Source: an uncultured Erysipelotrichaceae bacterium (GTDB taxonomy: Bacteria; Bacillota_I; Bacilli_A; RF39; UBA660). From it: DNA of 64,000 bases. The position numbers and the translations under genes were made by a program. The notes beneath the pieces are model-generated. The model saw only the letters and a list, made by a program, of their open reading frames with translations, searched no databases and had not been told where the DNA came from. Below, one piece after another: positions 7,806 to 17,968 of the stretch. How positions within the stretch are numbered: position 1 is the stretch's first letter; each line of letters opens with the position of its first letter. The stretch spans positions 201,438 through 265,437 of the forward strand of contig CADANC010000001.1 of assembly GCA_902789225.1 (NCBI GenBank), written 5' to 3'.

Positions 7806-8786
7806 CTAATCTAATCCTAATTTTTCTACTACTTGTACGCCACTATTAAGTTGAGCTTCCTCTTCAGCAAATATTTCATCAAATTGAGGAATTGCTTTAT
7901 TAATAACATCTTGATAAATGTTTTTACTATTTAAAATAGCTAATCTAAAGTCATTAACATTAACTTGATTTCTATTATCAAATAATGCATTCGAAAAAGC
8001 TTGTTGAACTAAAGTCAAAGTAACATCAGGATATCTAGATCCTATTTCATAGATTCTCTTATATTCAGAAGTTATATCTGTAAGAAATTCCATCATTTGT
8101 CTTTTCTTAAAATCTGTATACATCATTTTTGCCCCTGTACGTTTTTCAATCTTAGGTAAAGTACCTAATAATATTCTAATATTTTCATTTCTAGTAGGTT
8201 CTTCTATTTGTATTTTTTGAAAACGTCTAACAAAAGCCTTATCTCTTAAAATAAATCTTTCATACTCTTCTGAAGTTGTTGCACCAATAACTTTTATATC
8301 ACCACGGTCTAATGCCGGTTTAAACATATTGGCAAAGTCTAAACTTTCATTTTTATTACCCATTAAAGTATGAATCTCATCTATGAATAGAATCAATTTT
8401 GATTTTGATTTTAACTCATCTATTAAGTTTTGAATTTTAGATTCACCTGTTACCGGATCTACACCAAGTAATGCAGAAGTATTTACTTTAATTACTTGAT
8501 AACCTTTTAATAAGTCAGGCACTTGTCCCATTTGTATTCTCCAAGCAAGACCTTCAACAACAGCAGTTTTACCAACACCAGGTTTACCAGTAAGTATAGC
8601 ACTCTTATCAGGCGTTAAAAGAATTAAAATTAATTGTTTAATTTGTTCATCTCTACCTATAGCAGGATTAGTAATATAATCTTTTTCTTGAAAGTTTTCA
8701 CCATAAGTATCTAATATACTAATTCTTTTTTTCTTAACATCATATTCATCACCATAATTAATGCTACTATCCATTAATTCATTCAT
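7806..8786 (-). CDS. Clp/Hsp100-family AAA+ ATPase, stand-alone D1 module (no N-domain, no D2)
   Basis: Walker A GKPGVGKT, Walker B LILFIDEIHTLMG, sensor GATT and Arg finger FVRRFQKI. The N-terminus aligns with ClpC around LDKYGRDLT...VIGREEEI. Confidence 0.6.
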   Translation of the reverse strand: MNELMDSSINYGDEYDVKKKRISILDTYGENFQEKDYITNPAIGRDEQIKQLILILLTPDKSAILTGKPGVGKTAVVEGLAWRIQMGQVPDLLKGYQVIKVNTSALLGVDPVTGESKIQNLIDELKSKSKLILFIDEIHTLMGNKNESLDFANMFKPALDRGDIKVIGATTSEEYERFILRDKAFVRRFQKIQIEEPTRNENIRILLGTLPKIEKRTGAKMMYTDFKKRQMMEFLTDITSEYKRIYEIGSRYPDVTLTLVQQAFSNALFDNRNQVNVNDFRLAILNSKNIYQDVINKAIPQFDEIFAEEEAQLNSGVQVVEKLGLD

Positions 8787-8828
8787 CTATATCACCTAAA
8801 CTTTCTAACCTATTACATTATAACACAT

Positions 8829-9689
8829 CTACATAGGATTAACATGTATAACAGTTAAATATATATCTTTAAATCTAGAATGTATTTCTTCTTCTAAATA
8901 ATTAGCTATCTCATGAGACTCAAAAGTAGTCAAATTACCATCTACAAATATAGTAAAACTAATTTGATATCTATATCCTATAGGAGTAGCATTAAAATGA
9001 TTTATCTTTTTCACTTCTTTATGACTCTTTACAAAATTAATAATTTCATTTTTTACATCATCATCTAAACATTTATCCATAAGAACATTATAACTAGTTA
9101 TTAATATTTGAACACCTTGTAATATTATCCAAACACCTATACCCAATCCAACAATCCTATCTATATATGAAATACCATAATATAATAGAATACTTGATAC
9201 TAAGTTAAAACTAGTAACTAAAACATCATTTCTATGATCATAACTATTAGCCTTCATAAGAATATTATTATATTTTTTAGATAATTTATTAGTATAAATA
9301 AATAATCCAGTCTTAATAATTATTGTAATAATATTAACTATTATTAAAAACCAACTGAATTTAACAATATTACTTTCAAATAAACTACTTCTAATAATAG
9401 ATATTCCTAATTGAATAGAAACTAAAGCTATAACAAAAGAAAATATATATTCAGCTTTTCCATGTCCTAAATTATGATCATTATCTCTAGGTTTACTAGA
9501 AATATGATTACCAATAAATGTCATTAATGAAGAAAAAACATCACTAAAACTATTATAAAAATCTGCAATCATAGCTTGACTCATAGTAAAGAATCCAACT
9601 ATTCCTTTCATAATAGCCAGAATAACATTAAAAATAATGCCAAAAATACTTGCAGTTTTAATACTTTTATACTTCTTCTTCATAATCAT
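8829..9689 (-). CDS. Cation diffusion facilitator (CDF) family efflux transporter
   Basis: Has about 6 TM helices and the HxxxD-like GHGKAEY motif. The C-terminal cytoplasmic domain is typical of CzcD-like proteins. Confidence 0.65.
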   Translation of the reverse strand: MIMKKKYKSIKTASIFGIIFNVILAIMKGIVGFFTMSQAMIADFYNSFSDVFSSLMTFIGNHISSKPRDNDHNLGHGKAEYIFSFVIALVSIQLGISIIRSSLFESNIVKFSWFLIIVNIITIIIKTGLFIYTNKLSKKYNNILMKANSYDHRNDVLVTSFNLVSSILLYYGISYIDRIVGLGIGVWIILQGVQILITSYNVLMDKCLDDDVKNEIINFVKSHKEVKKINHFNATPIGYRYQISFTIFVDGNLTTFESHEIANYLEEEIHSRFKDIYLTVIHVNPM

Positions 9690-9730
9690 AATTCTATCAC
9701 AAAAAAGATATACGCGAATAGAGAATATTA

Positions 9731-10063
9731 TTATAAACGTAAATTATCAATTACTTCAATGTCAACAATACTATCAATATCAATTATAGTATTTAAAAGA
9801 TATATCTTCTTTCTATAATTATCTATCTTTTTAATCTTACCACTACTTTCTATATAATTATCTCCATCATAATATTTAACTCTAATTAAATTATTTTTAT
9901 TTATATTATTCAAACAATTATTAATTTCATTATTATAGTCATCATCTAAATATATAAATTTATCTTTATATTTAATATTTTTAGTCTTATTAATTAAACT
10001 TCCATATCCACTGAGAGCATCAAAAGCAAGAAACTGTTTAGCTCTATCTAATCTATTCTGCAT
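9731..10063 (-). CDS. YolD-like protein (UmuD-equivalent partner of Y-family polymerases in Firmicutes)
   Basis: 110 aa. It lies immediately downstream of, and overlapping, the UmuC-like gene. The size and position are typical of YolD-like proteins. Confidence 0.5.
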   Translation of the reverse strand: MQNRLDRAKQFLAFDALSGYGSLINKTKNIKYKDKFIYLDDDYNNEINNCLNNINKNNLIRVKYYDGDNYIESSGKIKKIDNYRKKIYLLNTIIDIDSIVDIEVIDNLRL

Positions 10064-11336
10064 TGTGTCCTCCTACAAATTTATTTCTATTAAGTTGATT
10101 TGCACCTTCCGTATAACTAATTCCTCTAAGTATGCTATTCTTACCATATTTATTTTTTATTTTAGAAACATTTCTTAATAAAGAATATTCTTTCTCATTA
10201 TCATCAATATCATTAAATAAATCCAATTGTTTATTAATATTATTTGTAATATGAAAACTTATTCCAATTCTTCGAACAGGATAATCTTTATTAATATTAT
10301 GATCATATAAATCTAATATACATTTACTTATATCATCAAAACCACAAGTACTATTATCTAATTTTTTACTAACATTAAGTCCTTTAATTTTATCTTTACT
10401 ATATCCTATATATAATGATAAACAATCAGAAAAATATCTCTTAGTAATTAATTCCATTACTAAATCATCAATCATTTCAGTAAGCACAATTCTAGCTTTT
10501 GAATATGTATAATCATGAAACAAAATTTGTGAAGAAGAAATACTTCTACTTTTAGGAACATATTTTTTTATATCACTAATAGTAGTAGTTTCTATTCCCC
10601 AAGAGTGATCAATAAGTAATCTAGCATTAATACCAAATTCACTAAATAATGTAGCCTCATCATAATGAGCTAAATCATACATATCAAATATACCTAATCT
10701 ATTTAAATGAGTTGAAATGCCTCTTCCAATAGACCAAAATTTATCTAAAGGTTTATAATGCCATAAATATTTTTTAAATAATTCTTCATTCAAATATCCT
10801 ATATGAGAATCATTATGCTTAGAAATAATATCAAGAGCAATCTTTGCAAGATATAAATTAGTACCAATACCAGCAGTAGCAGTAATACCAGTCTTTTCAT
10901 ATATCTTATCCATAACCATTTTAGCAATCCTCCTAGAATTATCACCATATAAATATAGATAAGGATTAAGATTAATAAAAACTTCATCAATCGAATAAAC
11001 ATGTATATCTTCATCGCTAAAAAAATCTAAATAAATATTATATATATATGAAGAAACTTCCATATAAAATCTCATTCTAGGTTTAGCAATTATATAATCA
11101 ATATCATCAGGTATCTCAAATAATCTACATCTACTACCAACACCTAATTCTTTAATATGAGGTGAAGCCGCCAAACAAATAGTACCTTTACCCCTAGATT
11201 CATCTGCTACAACCAAATTAACTTTAAAAGGATCAAGCCCCCTCGCAACACATTCACAAGAAGCATAAAAACTTTTTAAATCAATACATAAATACATTTG
11301 TTCGTCACCTCTACTTATATTATAATTATCGAACAT
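10053..11336 (-). CDS. Y-family translesion DNA polymerase, UmuC-like
   Basis: Has LCIDLKSFYASCECV (the YASCE UmuC signature) followed by palm, fingers and little-finger regions. 427 aa. Confidence 0.8.
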   Translation of the reverse strand: MFDNYNISRGDEQMYLCIDLKSFYASCECVARGLDPFKVNLVVADESRGKGTICLAASPHIKELGVGSRCRLFEIPDDIDYIIAKPRMRFYMEVSSYIYNIYLDFFSDEDIHVYSIDEVFINLNPYLYLYGDNSRRIAKMVMDKIYEKTGITATAGIGTNLYLAKIALDIISKHNDSHIGYLNEELFKKYLWHYKPLDKFWSIGRGISTHLNRLGIFDMYDLAHYDEATLFSEFGINARLLIDHSWGIETTTISDIKKYVPKSRSISSSQILFHDYTYSKARIVLTEMIDDLVMELITKRYFSDCLSLYIGYSKDKIKGLNVSKKLDNSTCGFDDISKCILDLYDHNINKDYPVRRIGISFHITNNINKQLDLFNDIDDNEKEYSLLRNVSKIKNKYGKNSILRGISYTEGANQLNRNKFVGGHNAE

Positions 11337-11442
11337 TTGTTTTTCAATATTAATTTAATTTTTTTAACAAAAAAAACAGATACCTAAGTATCTAAAGATT
11401 TTTAAGCGTAAATATTTACATAAAAAAAGATGTGCAATCACA

Positions 11443-11919
11443 TCATTTATTTTCTTTATAAGATACATAATTATCTTCTTGAACTATATCATAAGGATTT
11501 TCAAAATAAGCAACAATACCATCATCTGTTAATTCTATTTTTTTAATATTAGTTGCTAACTTAGTAGTAGGAAATTCATCTACTAACTCTAAATGATATA
11601 AATTATAATCTTTATCAATATAATATATATTAGCAGTTGCTCCACTAAATCCAGATAATTGTTCAACTTGTCTAGCCTTAATTGAAATAGTTTTAGTACC
11701 ATCACCAAATTCGTTTTTAAAAGTATATTCAACTAAAGATGAACCATATTCATCATTAGAATCATCACTAACTGTTGGTGTAGTACTAGGAGTAGCAACA
11801 ACTTCTTCATCTTCTACATCATCTAATTTATCTAAATTATTATGTTGATAAACAAAAACTGCTACAATACCAACTACAATTAATGCAATCATCATAAATA
11901 AATAACTATGTTTACTCAT
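11443..11919 (-). CDS. Membrane-anchored hypothetical protein
   Basis: 158 aa with an N-terminal TM helix and an acidic linker. Confidence 0.5.
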   Translation of the reverse strand: MSKHSYLFMMIALIVVGIVAVFVYQHNNLDKLDDVEDEEVVATPSTTPTVSDDSNDEYGSSLVEYTFKNEFGDGTKTISIKARQVEQLSGFSGATANIYYIDKDYNLYHLELVDEFPTTKLATNIKKIELTDDGIVAYFENPYDIVQEDNYVSYKENK

Positions 11920-11931
11920 AAAAACCTCCTG

Positions 11932-12558
11932 TTATTTAGCATTTCCCTCCGTATAATCAACAAATAAATAATCATCTAAATATTTGTCATTAAAACCGAT
12001 TATATGCTTATTATCTTTACACTTATTAGCTGCATAACTAAAGAAATCTCCAATTACATCATAAGCTAAATGAATATTAAAATCTTTACTATTATTATCT
12101 AAAGTACGAAGATTTTCTTCAGCGCTTATTGTATCACTTTCTACAATATTATTAAAAGTATCATTAAGAAGATCTAATCTTTTTATATGTTTCATTAATA
12201 TTTTTTCATTAAATTCAATTATATCTTTCATCTCATTTAACATATCACTTCTAGCTATTCTAGCACTTTTACTTTTAGTTTTCAAAGATTTAATTTTTCT
12301 ATTATATTTTTTCTTTTCATCAACTAATTTACGTAAACGAGAAAATATGTTCTTTTTAATGAAATAATCCATTATAACTTTATCAGCAATAAATCTTTCA
12401 TTTTTATTTAATTTACTATAATTATCATCACTTAATTTATATTCATTAACTATATCGTAACCCAATAAAATATCATCATCTGTTTCAACAAAAGGCTTAC
12501 TAACAGTTTCAATATTAATATTAAATTCACTAGCATCATATGGAGTAAATTTATTCAC
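11932..12558 (-). CDS. Hypothetical protein
   Basis: 208-aa ORF with consistent codon usage. Confidence 0.5.
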   Translation of the reverse strand: MNKFTPYDASEFNINIETVSKPFVETDDDILLGYDIVNEYKLSDDNYSKLNKNERFIADKVIMDYFIKKNIFSRLRKLVDEKKKYNRKIKSLKTKSKSARIARSDMLNEMKDIIEFNEKILMKHIKRLDLLNDTFNNIVESDTISAEENLRTLDNNSKDFNIHLAYDVIGDFFSYAANKCKDNKHIIGFNDKYLDDYLFVDYTEGNAK

Positions 12559-12611
12559 ACTACCACCTTCAATTCTATATTTATTATAGAAATATAATCA
12601 ATAAAAATCAA

Positions 12612-13226
12612 CTACAAATCAATTCTACCTATACATGTAAGTTCTTCATTATCTTCTACTTTTGCTAAGATATTTGTACCTCTTAATAAATTACCAAATA
12701 GATTACTATCTGTAAGTAATCCACATACCAAACCATCACTAGTACTACCCATTATCCTACACCAAATCTGTTCAGTATCATTTTCTTTATTAAAATTAAC
12801 TAAAATAATATCAGGATTACTTTTTAACCTATATTTATCTAATTCAACAATATTTCTAATATCAAGTATATGAGAATCACTATAATAAGGATTTAACATC
12901 TTATCAACTAATTCCTTATATTTAAAATTTTCTACTTCAACAACTTCAACATTTTTAATATCATCATATCTTAAAATATAAGGAATACCTACAATTAGAT
13001 TATTATTATCATCACCTAATATTCTTAAACTAATACCCTTTTCATGATCAATATAAATAACCCCGTAAAAAGGAACATCTAATTTTAAATCAATTACTTT
13101 TAATATATTAGTATCATCCAATTGAATTATCATCTTATCAATATCTCTAAAATTAAAATCAATAATTTTCATAAAAACACCCAATAAAATTATAACATAA
13201 AAAAAGACAGGCCAAAGGCCTATCAA
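12612..13226 (-). CDS. Hypothetical protein
   Basis: 204-aa ORF. The true start may be the internal MKIIDF. Confidence 0.45.
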   Translation of the reverse strand: MIGLWPVFFYVIILLGVFMKIIDFNFRDIDKMIIQLDDTNILKVIDLKLDVPFYGVIYIDHEKGISLRILGDDNNNLIVGIPYILRYDDIKNVEVVEVENFKYKELVDKMLNPYYSDSHILDIRNIVELDKYRLKSNPDIILVNFNKENDTEQIWCRIMGSTSDGLVCGLLTDSNLFGNLLRGTNILAKVEDNEELTCIGRIDL

Positions 13227-13370
13227 AAAGTTTTTAAGAAAGTTTATGAAAAATTAATAATTATTTTATGTTTTGTATCTGAAATTTCTAATTGCATCAC
13301 TCCTTCTCTTCATAATACAACTATACACAATAATTATGTATAAAATATGAAAGAATTATGTGAAATTATG

Positions 13371-15014
13371 TTATTTAAACCAATAATCATTAAATGTATA
13401 TTTATAAACTCTATATACTTGATTTTTATTTAATTTAACTTTAAAAGATTTAATAGCATTATGATTAGAATCATATTCACTAAATTGACCATTAATCGCA
13501 CTATCTATTAATATATTACCATTATCTAAAACTTGAGCATTACCATTAATACCAGAATATGAAACAATAAAACTATCTACAAGTTCAAAAGACTTATTAT
13601 CTTCATCTATTTTATATTTATAAAACATAGATTTAGTTCCGGTATTAACTTCTGTATTAGTAATACCTAAATCTTTATAAATTTCTTTATTTATAGAATA
13701 ACTAGATTGATTAGCATAATTATTATTAAACATAGTAATATATTGATCATTATATCTACAATCACTTTGTCCAGCATTAATAACAAAGTCACCTTTTTTT
13801 TCAAATACTAAATCATAATAATTAGTATCCTTCCATAACTCTTTAGCTCCAATGATATAACTAATTTTAGGTTCATTATTAATATTATCTACTTTAATAA
13901 TAGAAGATGTTTCTCTACTACTAACTAATATACTATTATCAATATATTCTATAGAATTAAGTCCTAAATAATTTAAACCATTACTATTAATATCTTTAAT
14001 AGTATCAGGATTATCTTCACAAAACTCAATATAATCACTAAAAATACTACTAAAATCAACTAAATTAGTTATTTCATGAGTATCAGTATTAATCATAATA
14101 ATTTGATCTTCAACAGTCTTTTTCTTAGTATCACTAGTAATAACTAACAAGTTACCTTTATCATCAAAAGTATAATCATAATTAATTTTATAATTCTTAG
14201 TACTATAAATATCTACAACTTCACCCAAATTATTCATTTTAACTATCTTTTTACTAGAAATAGAAAAATACATATAATTATCTTTAAATAATATCTTATT
14301 AGCACGATAATTCATAATAGGAATTTCACTTCTCAAAATACCATCATTATCATACATAGCTAGATAATTGCCTGATCCACTATCATTTCCTAATACAGTA
14401 TAAAGTCCATCATATAAATTAGTATCATCAGAACTTTCACTTATTTTTAACTTAGCTTGACTCTTAGTCTTTTGATTAACCAAATCAACTTCAAAATTAT
14501 ATTTTTGAGAAACATTATTATTTTCATCAAGAAGTTCTATCTTAATATTATTTAAATATCCAGGTACTAATCCAATAATTTGATAAGCATGTTTCGAAGT
14601 CAAATTACCATTCAAAACTTTACTAAAATCATGAATATTTTCATCATCAACACTAATAGTATATTTAACATTATATTTCTCTTTAGTACTAAAATACATA
14701 TTAACAGATTGAGTATTAGTACCATAAGCATTATATAAAATAAAAGGTTCATTTAAAGTATAAGACATATTTAATTTATCATGAATTTTTTCATCAATAA
14801 CTTTTCTATAATTATCAGAATATATATTAATAGAGTTATCTTTATCAACAACATATATTCCACCACTCTTAACAAGTTTTACATTATCTTTTAACCATTC
14901 ATAATCATTAATATGGTCTTTATTAACTATAGATTTAAACTTATTAAATGAAAAAAATATAACAATTACAATAATAATAAAAACAATTAATCTTATAGCA
15001 CGATATTTATTCAT
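13371..15014 (-). CDS. Membrane-anchored extracytoplasmic protein, possibly arylsulfotransferase (ASST)-like beta-propeller
   Basis: 547 aa with an N-terminal TM helix. The size and Asn/Tyr-rich repeats are reminiscent of ASST; this is a weak assignment. Confidence 0.3.
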   Translation of the reverse strand: MNKYRAIRLIVFIIIVIVIFFSFNKFKSIVNKDHINDYEWLKDNVKLVKSGGIYVVDKDNSINIYSDNYRKVIDEKIHDKLNMSYTLNEPFILYNAYGTNTQSVNMYFSTKEKYNVKYTISVDDENIHDFSKVLNGNLTSKHAYQIIGLVPGYLNNIKIELLDENNNVSQKYNFEVDLVNQKTKSQAKLKISESSDDTNLYDGLYTVLGNDSGSGNYLAMYDNDGILRSEIPIMNYRANKILFKDNYMYFSISSKKIVKMNNLGEVVDIYSTKNYKINYDYTFDDKGNLLVITSDTKKKTVEDQIIMINTDTHEITNLVDFSSIFSDYIEFCEDNPDTIKDINSNGLNYLGLNSIEYIDNSILVSSRETSSIIKVDNINNEPKISYIIGAKELWKDTNYYDLVFEKKGDFVINAGQSDCRYNDQYITMFNNNYANQSSYSINKEIYKDLGITNTEVNTGTKSMFYKYKIDEDNKSFELVDSFIVSYSGINGNAQVLDNGNILIDSAINGQFSEYDSNHNAIKSFKVKLNKNQVYRVYKYTFNDYWFK

Positions 15015-15086
15015 AAAATCCCTCTTAAAAAAATATTATCAAATTATTTATATAAATACAACAAAAGAAAAAGAAGGCAAAGCCTT

Positions 15087-15590
15087 CTAAACAGCAATAA
15101 ATCTTTTTTGATTTACACTTTTTTCATTTTGTGAAGCATCTTTTAATTCTTTATCATAACTTCTAGCCATACTAACTAATAAATCATGATAATCATAATC
15201 ATTAGATCCTGTAATTGCATTAGTTATATCTTGAACTCTAGTTCTAAAATTAATCAAACCAACTTCATATAAAAATTTAGAATATTCAACACAAATAGAA
15301 TCAATATATGAATCAACGATTTCCCTGTCATTCTTATCTAAACTATCAGCTAATAAAATATTACCAACAGCTCTTTCTCTTACATAACAATTTCTAACAA
15401 ATTCTGAATTCATATCTTTATTACTAATATCAATATAGTCTCTAGCAAGATCCATTGCTTCACCAAGTTCATTTAAGACATCAACAAAATATCCAAAAGA
15501 CTTTTGATCATATTCTTTATCCCCAAGTAAATCTTTTACTCTTTGAGATCTAGCAGTATTTTTAACAATTTGTGATTCATCTGTAAACAC
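15087..15590 (-). CDS. Hypothetical protein
   Basis: 167-aa ORF. Confidence 0.5.
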   Translation of the reverse strand: MFTDESQIVKNTARSQRVKDLLGDKEYDQKSFGYFVDVLNELGEAMDLARDYIDISNKDMNSEFVRNCYVRERAVGNILLADSLDKNDREIVDSYIDSICVEYSKFLYEVGLINFRTRVQDITNAITGSNDYDYHDLLVSMARSYDKELKDASQNEKSVNQKRFIAV

Positions 15591-15676
15591 TTTACTTCCC
15601 CCTCACTTGTTTTAACACAAACGCTAATAAAATACCACAAAATCATCAAAAAGTCAAGAAAAAAGCCAGTTATAAG

Positions 15677-17698
15677 TTAGCCTTTTTCTATAGAATTAAT
15701 TAACTTTTCTTTTAATACTTTATCAGCTTTTCTATTTTCTAAGAATTCTTCAGAATCTTTCTTTGCTTGTAAAAGTATTTTATAATCACTTCTTATATTT
15801 GCAATTCTAAATATCATATCTCCAGATTGTTTAGTTCCAAATAAATCTCCATGACCTCTCAATTTAAAATCTTCTTCACTGATTTCAAATCCATCATCAC
15901 ATCTTTCCATAATTGATAAACGTTCTGTATCACTATCACTTATTAAAATACATTTACTTTTATCAGCACCTCTACCTACTCTACCTCTTAACTGATGTAA
16001 TGTAGAAAGACCAAATCTATCTGCATCAAATATTACCATGCATGTTGCATTAGGAACATCTACTCCAACTTCTACAACAGTAGTAGAAATAAGAATTTGA
16101 ACTTCATTATTTTTAAATTTATCCATTATGATATCTTTAGCACCATTAGCCATCTTACCATGAATAATATCTATCTTATAATATTCTCCAAAAGCTAAAG
16201 ACATATCTTCTTTTAATTGAATTACACTAGTCAAATCACTATTTTCATTAGCATCTTCAATTAATGGAGCAATTACATATATTTGATGATGTTGTTTTAA
16301 TTCTTCCAACATCATATTTAATACATCTTTAATTTCATCATTTCTTTTTAAAATTGTTTCTATCTTTTGTCTATTATTAGGTTTTTCTTTAATAGTAGAA
16401 ACATCCATATCACCATAAATAGTTAATGCATAAGTTCTAGGTATAGGTGTAGCACTCATATATAAAACATCAGGTCTAATACCTTTATTTTGTAAATTAG
16501 CTCTTTGATGAACTCCAAATCTATGTTGTTCATCAGTAACAACTAAACCTAAATTATTATAAGAAACATCATCTTGAATTAATGCATGTGTTCCAATAAT
16601 AATATTAATTTTTCCTTCTTCTAACTCTTTATATATTTTAGTTTTATCCTTTTTAGGAGTAGAACCAGTCAATAATGCAACTTTAATATCTTTATAATCT
16701 TTTAAGAATTTAACTAAATTATTATAATGTTGAGTTGCAAGTATTTCTGTAGGAGCCATTAAAGCACCTTGATAACCAGAATAATAATTAATAATTAAAG
16801 CTACAAATGACACAATAGTTTTACCACTACCAACATCACCTTGTAATAATCTATTCATTCTACCTTTACTACCAAGATCTTTTAATATTTCATCAATTAC
16901 TTTTAACTGATCATTAGTTAATTGGAAAGGAATTTTACTAATTATTTCATCAACTTTACTTCTATCAATAACTCTTTCTAAGCCATGCTCTTCTTTTTTC
17001 TTTAGATATTTTAAATAATTAATTTTAAACATAAAATTAAATAATTCTTCATATTTTAACCGAATAGTTACTTCTTTTAATTTATCCATTGTACTAGGAT
17101 TATGAATAACATTTAAAGATGTTTTTTTATTTAAAAAGTTATACTTTACCCTGTACTCTTCAGGTATATAATCTTCAATATCATTACCAAATTCTAATAA
17201 TGCCATATTTATATATGAAGATAAAGTCTTACTAGTTAATCCACTAGTAGAATGATAAACAGGCTCTATTCTAGTTTTATCAGAAAGCCCACCCATCTTT
17301 ATCTCATTAGCAGTTATAACATTCTTGGTCTTATCATATTTACCAATAACTGTAATAGTAGTTCCTATATTTAATTGACTTTTTAAAAATGCTCTATTAA
17401 AAATAGATATTCCTACTACTCCACTAGGAGTAACTAACCTAAAATTCATTTTATTTAGTCCTGCTTTAAATCTCATTAAAAGAGGAACACTTTCTATTCT
17501 TCCATCTATAACAATTTTATCTCCATCTTTAGTAGTTAATAAGTTACATCTTTCAAGTAATTCATACCTAAATGGATAATGAGTAACTAAATCATCTATT
17601 GTATTTATACCAATTTTGTTTAATAAGGTTAACGATTTAGGTCCAACCCCTCTAACATCTTTTAAAAGAGCCACACTGATCACCACGCCTTCTCGCAT
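15677..17698 (-). CDS. recG: ATP-dependent DNA helicase RecG
   Basis: Wedge domain followed by the helicase motifs GDVGSGKT, DEQHRFG and QLRGRVGRG. The start is taken at MREGVV... (the ATG at 17698) rather than the longest ORF start at 17833. Confidence 0.9.
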   Translation of the reverse strand: MREGVVISVALLKDVRGVGPKSLTLLNKIGINTIDDLVTHYPFRYELLERCNLLTTKDGDKIVIDGRIESVPLLMRFKAGLNKMNFRLVTPSGVVGISIFNRAFLKSQLNIGTTITVIGKYDKTKNVITANEIKMGGLSDKTRIEPVYHSTSGLTSKTLSSYINMALLEFGNDIEDYIPEEYRVKYNFLNKKTSLNVIHNPSTMDKLKEVTIRLKYEELFNFMFKINYLKYLKKKEEHGLERVIDRSKVDEIISKIPFQLTNDQLKVIDEILKDLGSKGRMNRLLQGDVGSGKTIVSFVALIINYYSGYQGALMAPTEILATQHYNNLVKFLKDYKDIKVALLTGSTPKKDKTKIYKELEEGKINIIIGTHALIQDDVSYNNLGLVVTDEQHRFGVHQRANLQNKGIRPDVLYMSATPIPRTYALTIYGDMDVSTIKEKPNNRQKIETILKRNDEIKDVLNMMLEELKQHHQIYVIAPLIEDANENSDLTSVIQLKEDMSLAFGEYYKIDIIHGKMANGAKDIIMDKFKNNEVQILISTTVVEVGVDVPNATCMVIFDADRFGLSTLHQLRGRVGRGADKSKCILISDSDTERLSIMERCDDGFEISEEDFKLRGHGDLFGTKQSGDMIFRIANIRSDYKILLQAKKDSEEFLENRKADKVLKEKLINSIEKG

Positions 17699-17750
17699 AT
17701 TATAACATAAAAAAATAAATAAAAAAAGCGAAATTTTTTGATTTTTTTTA

Positions 17751-17782
17751 TTGACAAACTTAACGAAATCAATTAGTATATT
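17751..17782 (+). promoter_or_regulatory. Candidate promoter (TTGACA-17-TAGTAT) driving a structured leader
   Basis: Consensus -35 box. It lies in the divergent region between recG and the 17969 ORF. Confidence 0.35.
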
Positions 17783-17885
17783 AATCACCAATTCGATATT
17801 AGGCGAATTGGTCGCTAGTATCACACTAGCCAACCCCTTTTTATTCTTTTTGGAGACTGCCCTCAGGGGGTGCAGTCTCTTAGAT

Positions 17886-17931
17886 AAAAAACTAAGAAGT
17901 TATGTTGTCGAATTCATAACTTCTTTTTTTG
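17886..17931 (+). terminator. Intrinsic terminator within the 5' leader of the 17969 ORF (candidate attenuator)
   Basis: An 11-bp stem aagaagttatg/cataacttctt followed by a T7 run. It is preceded by hairpins at 17784-17808 and 17852-17879, and a cgaatt segment could pair alternatively. Confidence 0.45.
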
Positions 17932-17968
17932 TATACTATTTTTATGTTAAAATAAATTAGGTGATAGA

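Noticed and set aside
9576-9818. 80-aa plus-strand ORF overlapping the CDF start.
   Set aside because: It is antisense to two supported minus-strand genes.
10799-11014. 71-aa ORF inside the UmuC-like gene.
   Set aside because: It lies in a different frame of a well-supported CDS and its product is low-complexity and hydrophobic.
15677-17833. Long N-terminal extension of RecG (the ORF start at 17833).
   Set aside because: The canonical RecG N-terminus begins at MREGVV... (17698). The 45 upstream codons are hydrophobic/low-complexity and overlap the divergent promoter.
17852-17910. A possible preQ1-I riboswitch, because of the UCUCUUAGAUAAAAAACUAAG tail after a hairpin.
   Set aside because: The hairpin loop lacks the UAGCUA pseudoknot partner, and the A-run is simply the 5' flank of a bidirectional terminator. 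The downstream gene is not a queuosine-related gene.
17751-17960. 69-aa plus-strand ORF.
   Set aside because: It overlaps the promoter/leader hairpins and the recG N-terminal extension, and it has no SD.
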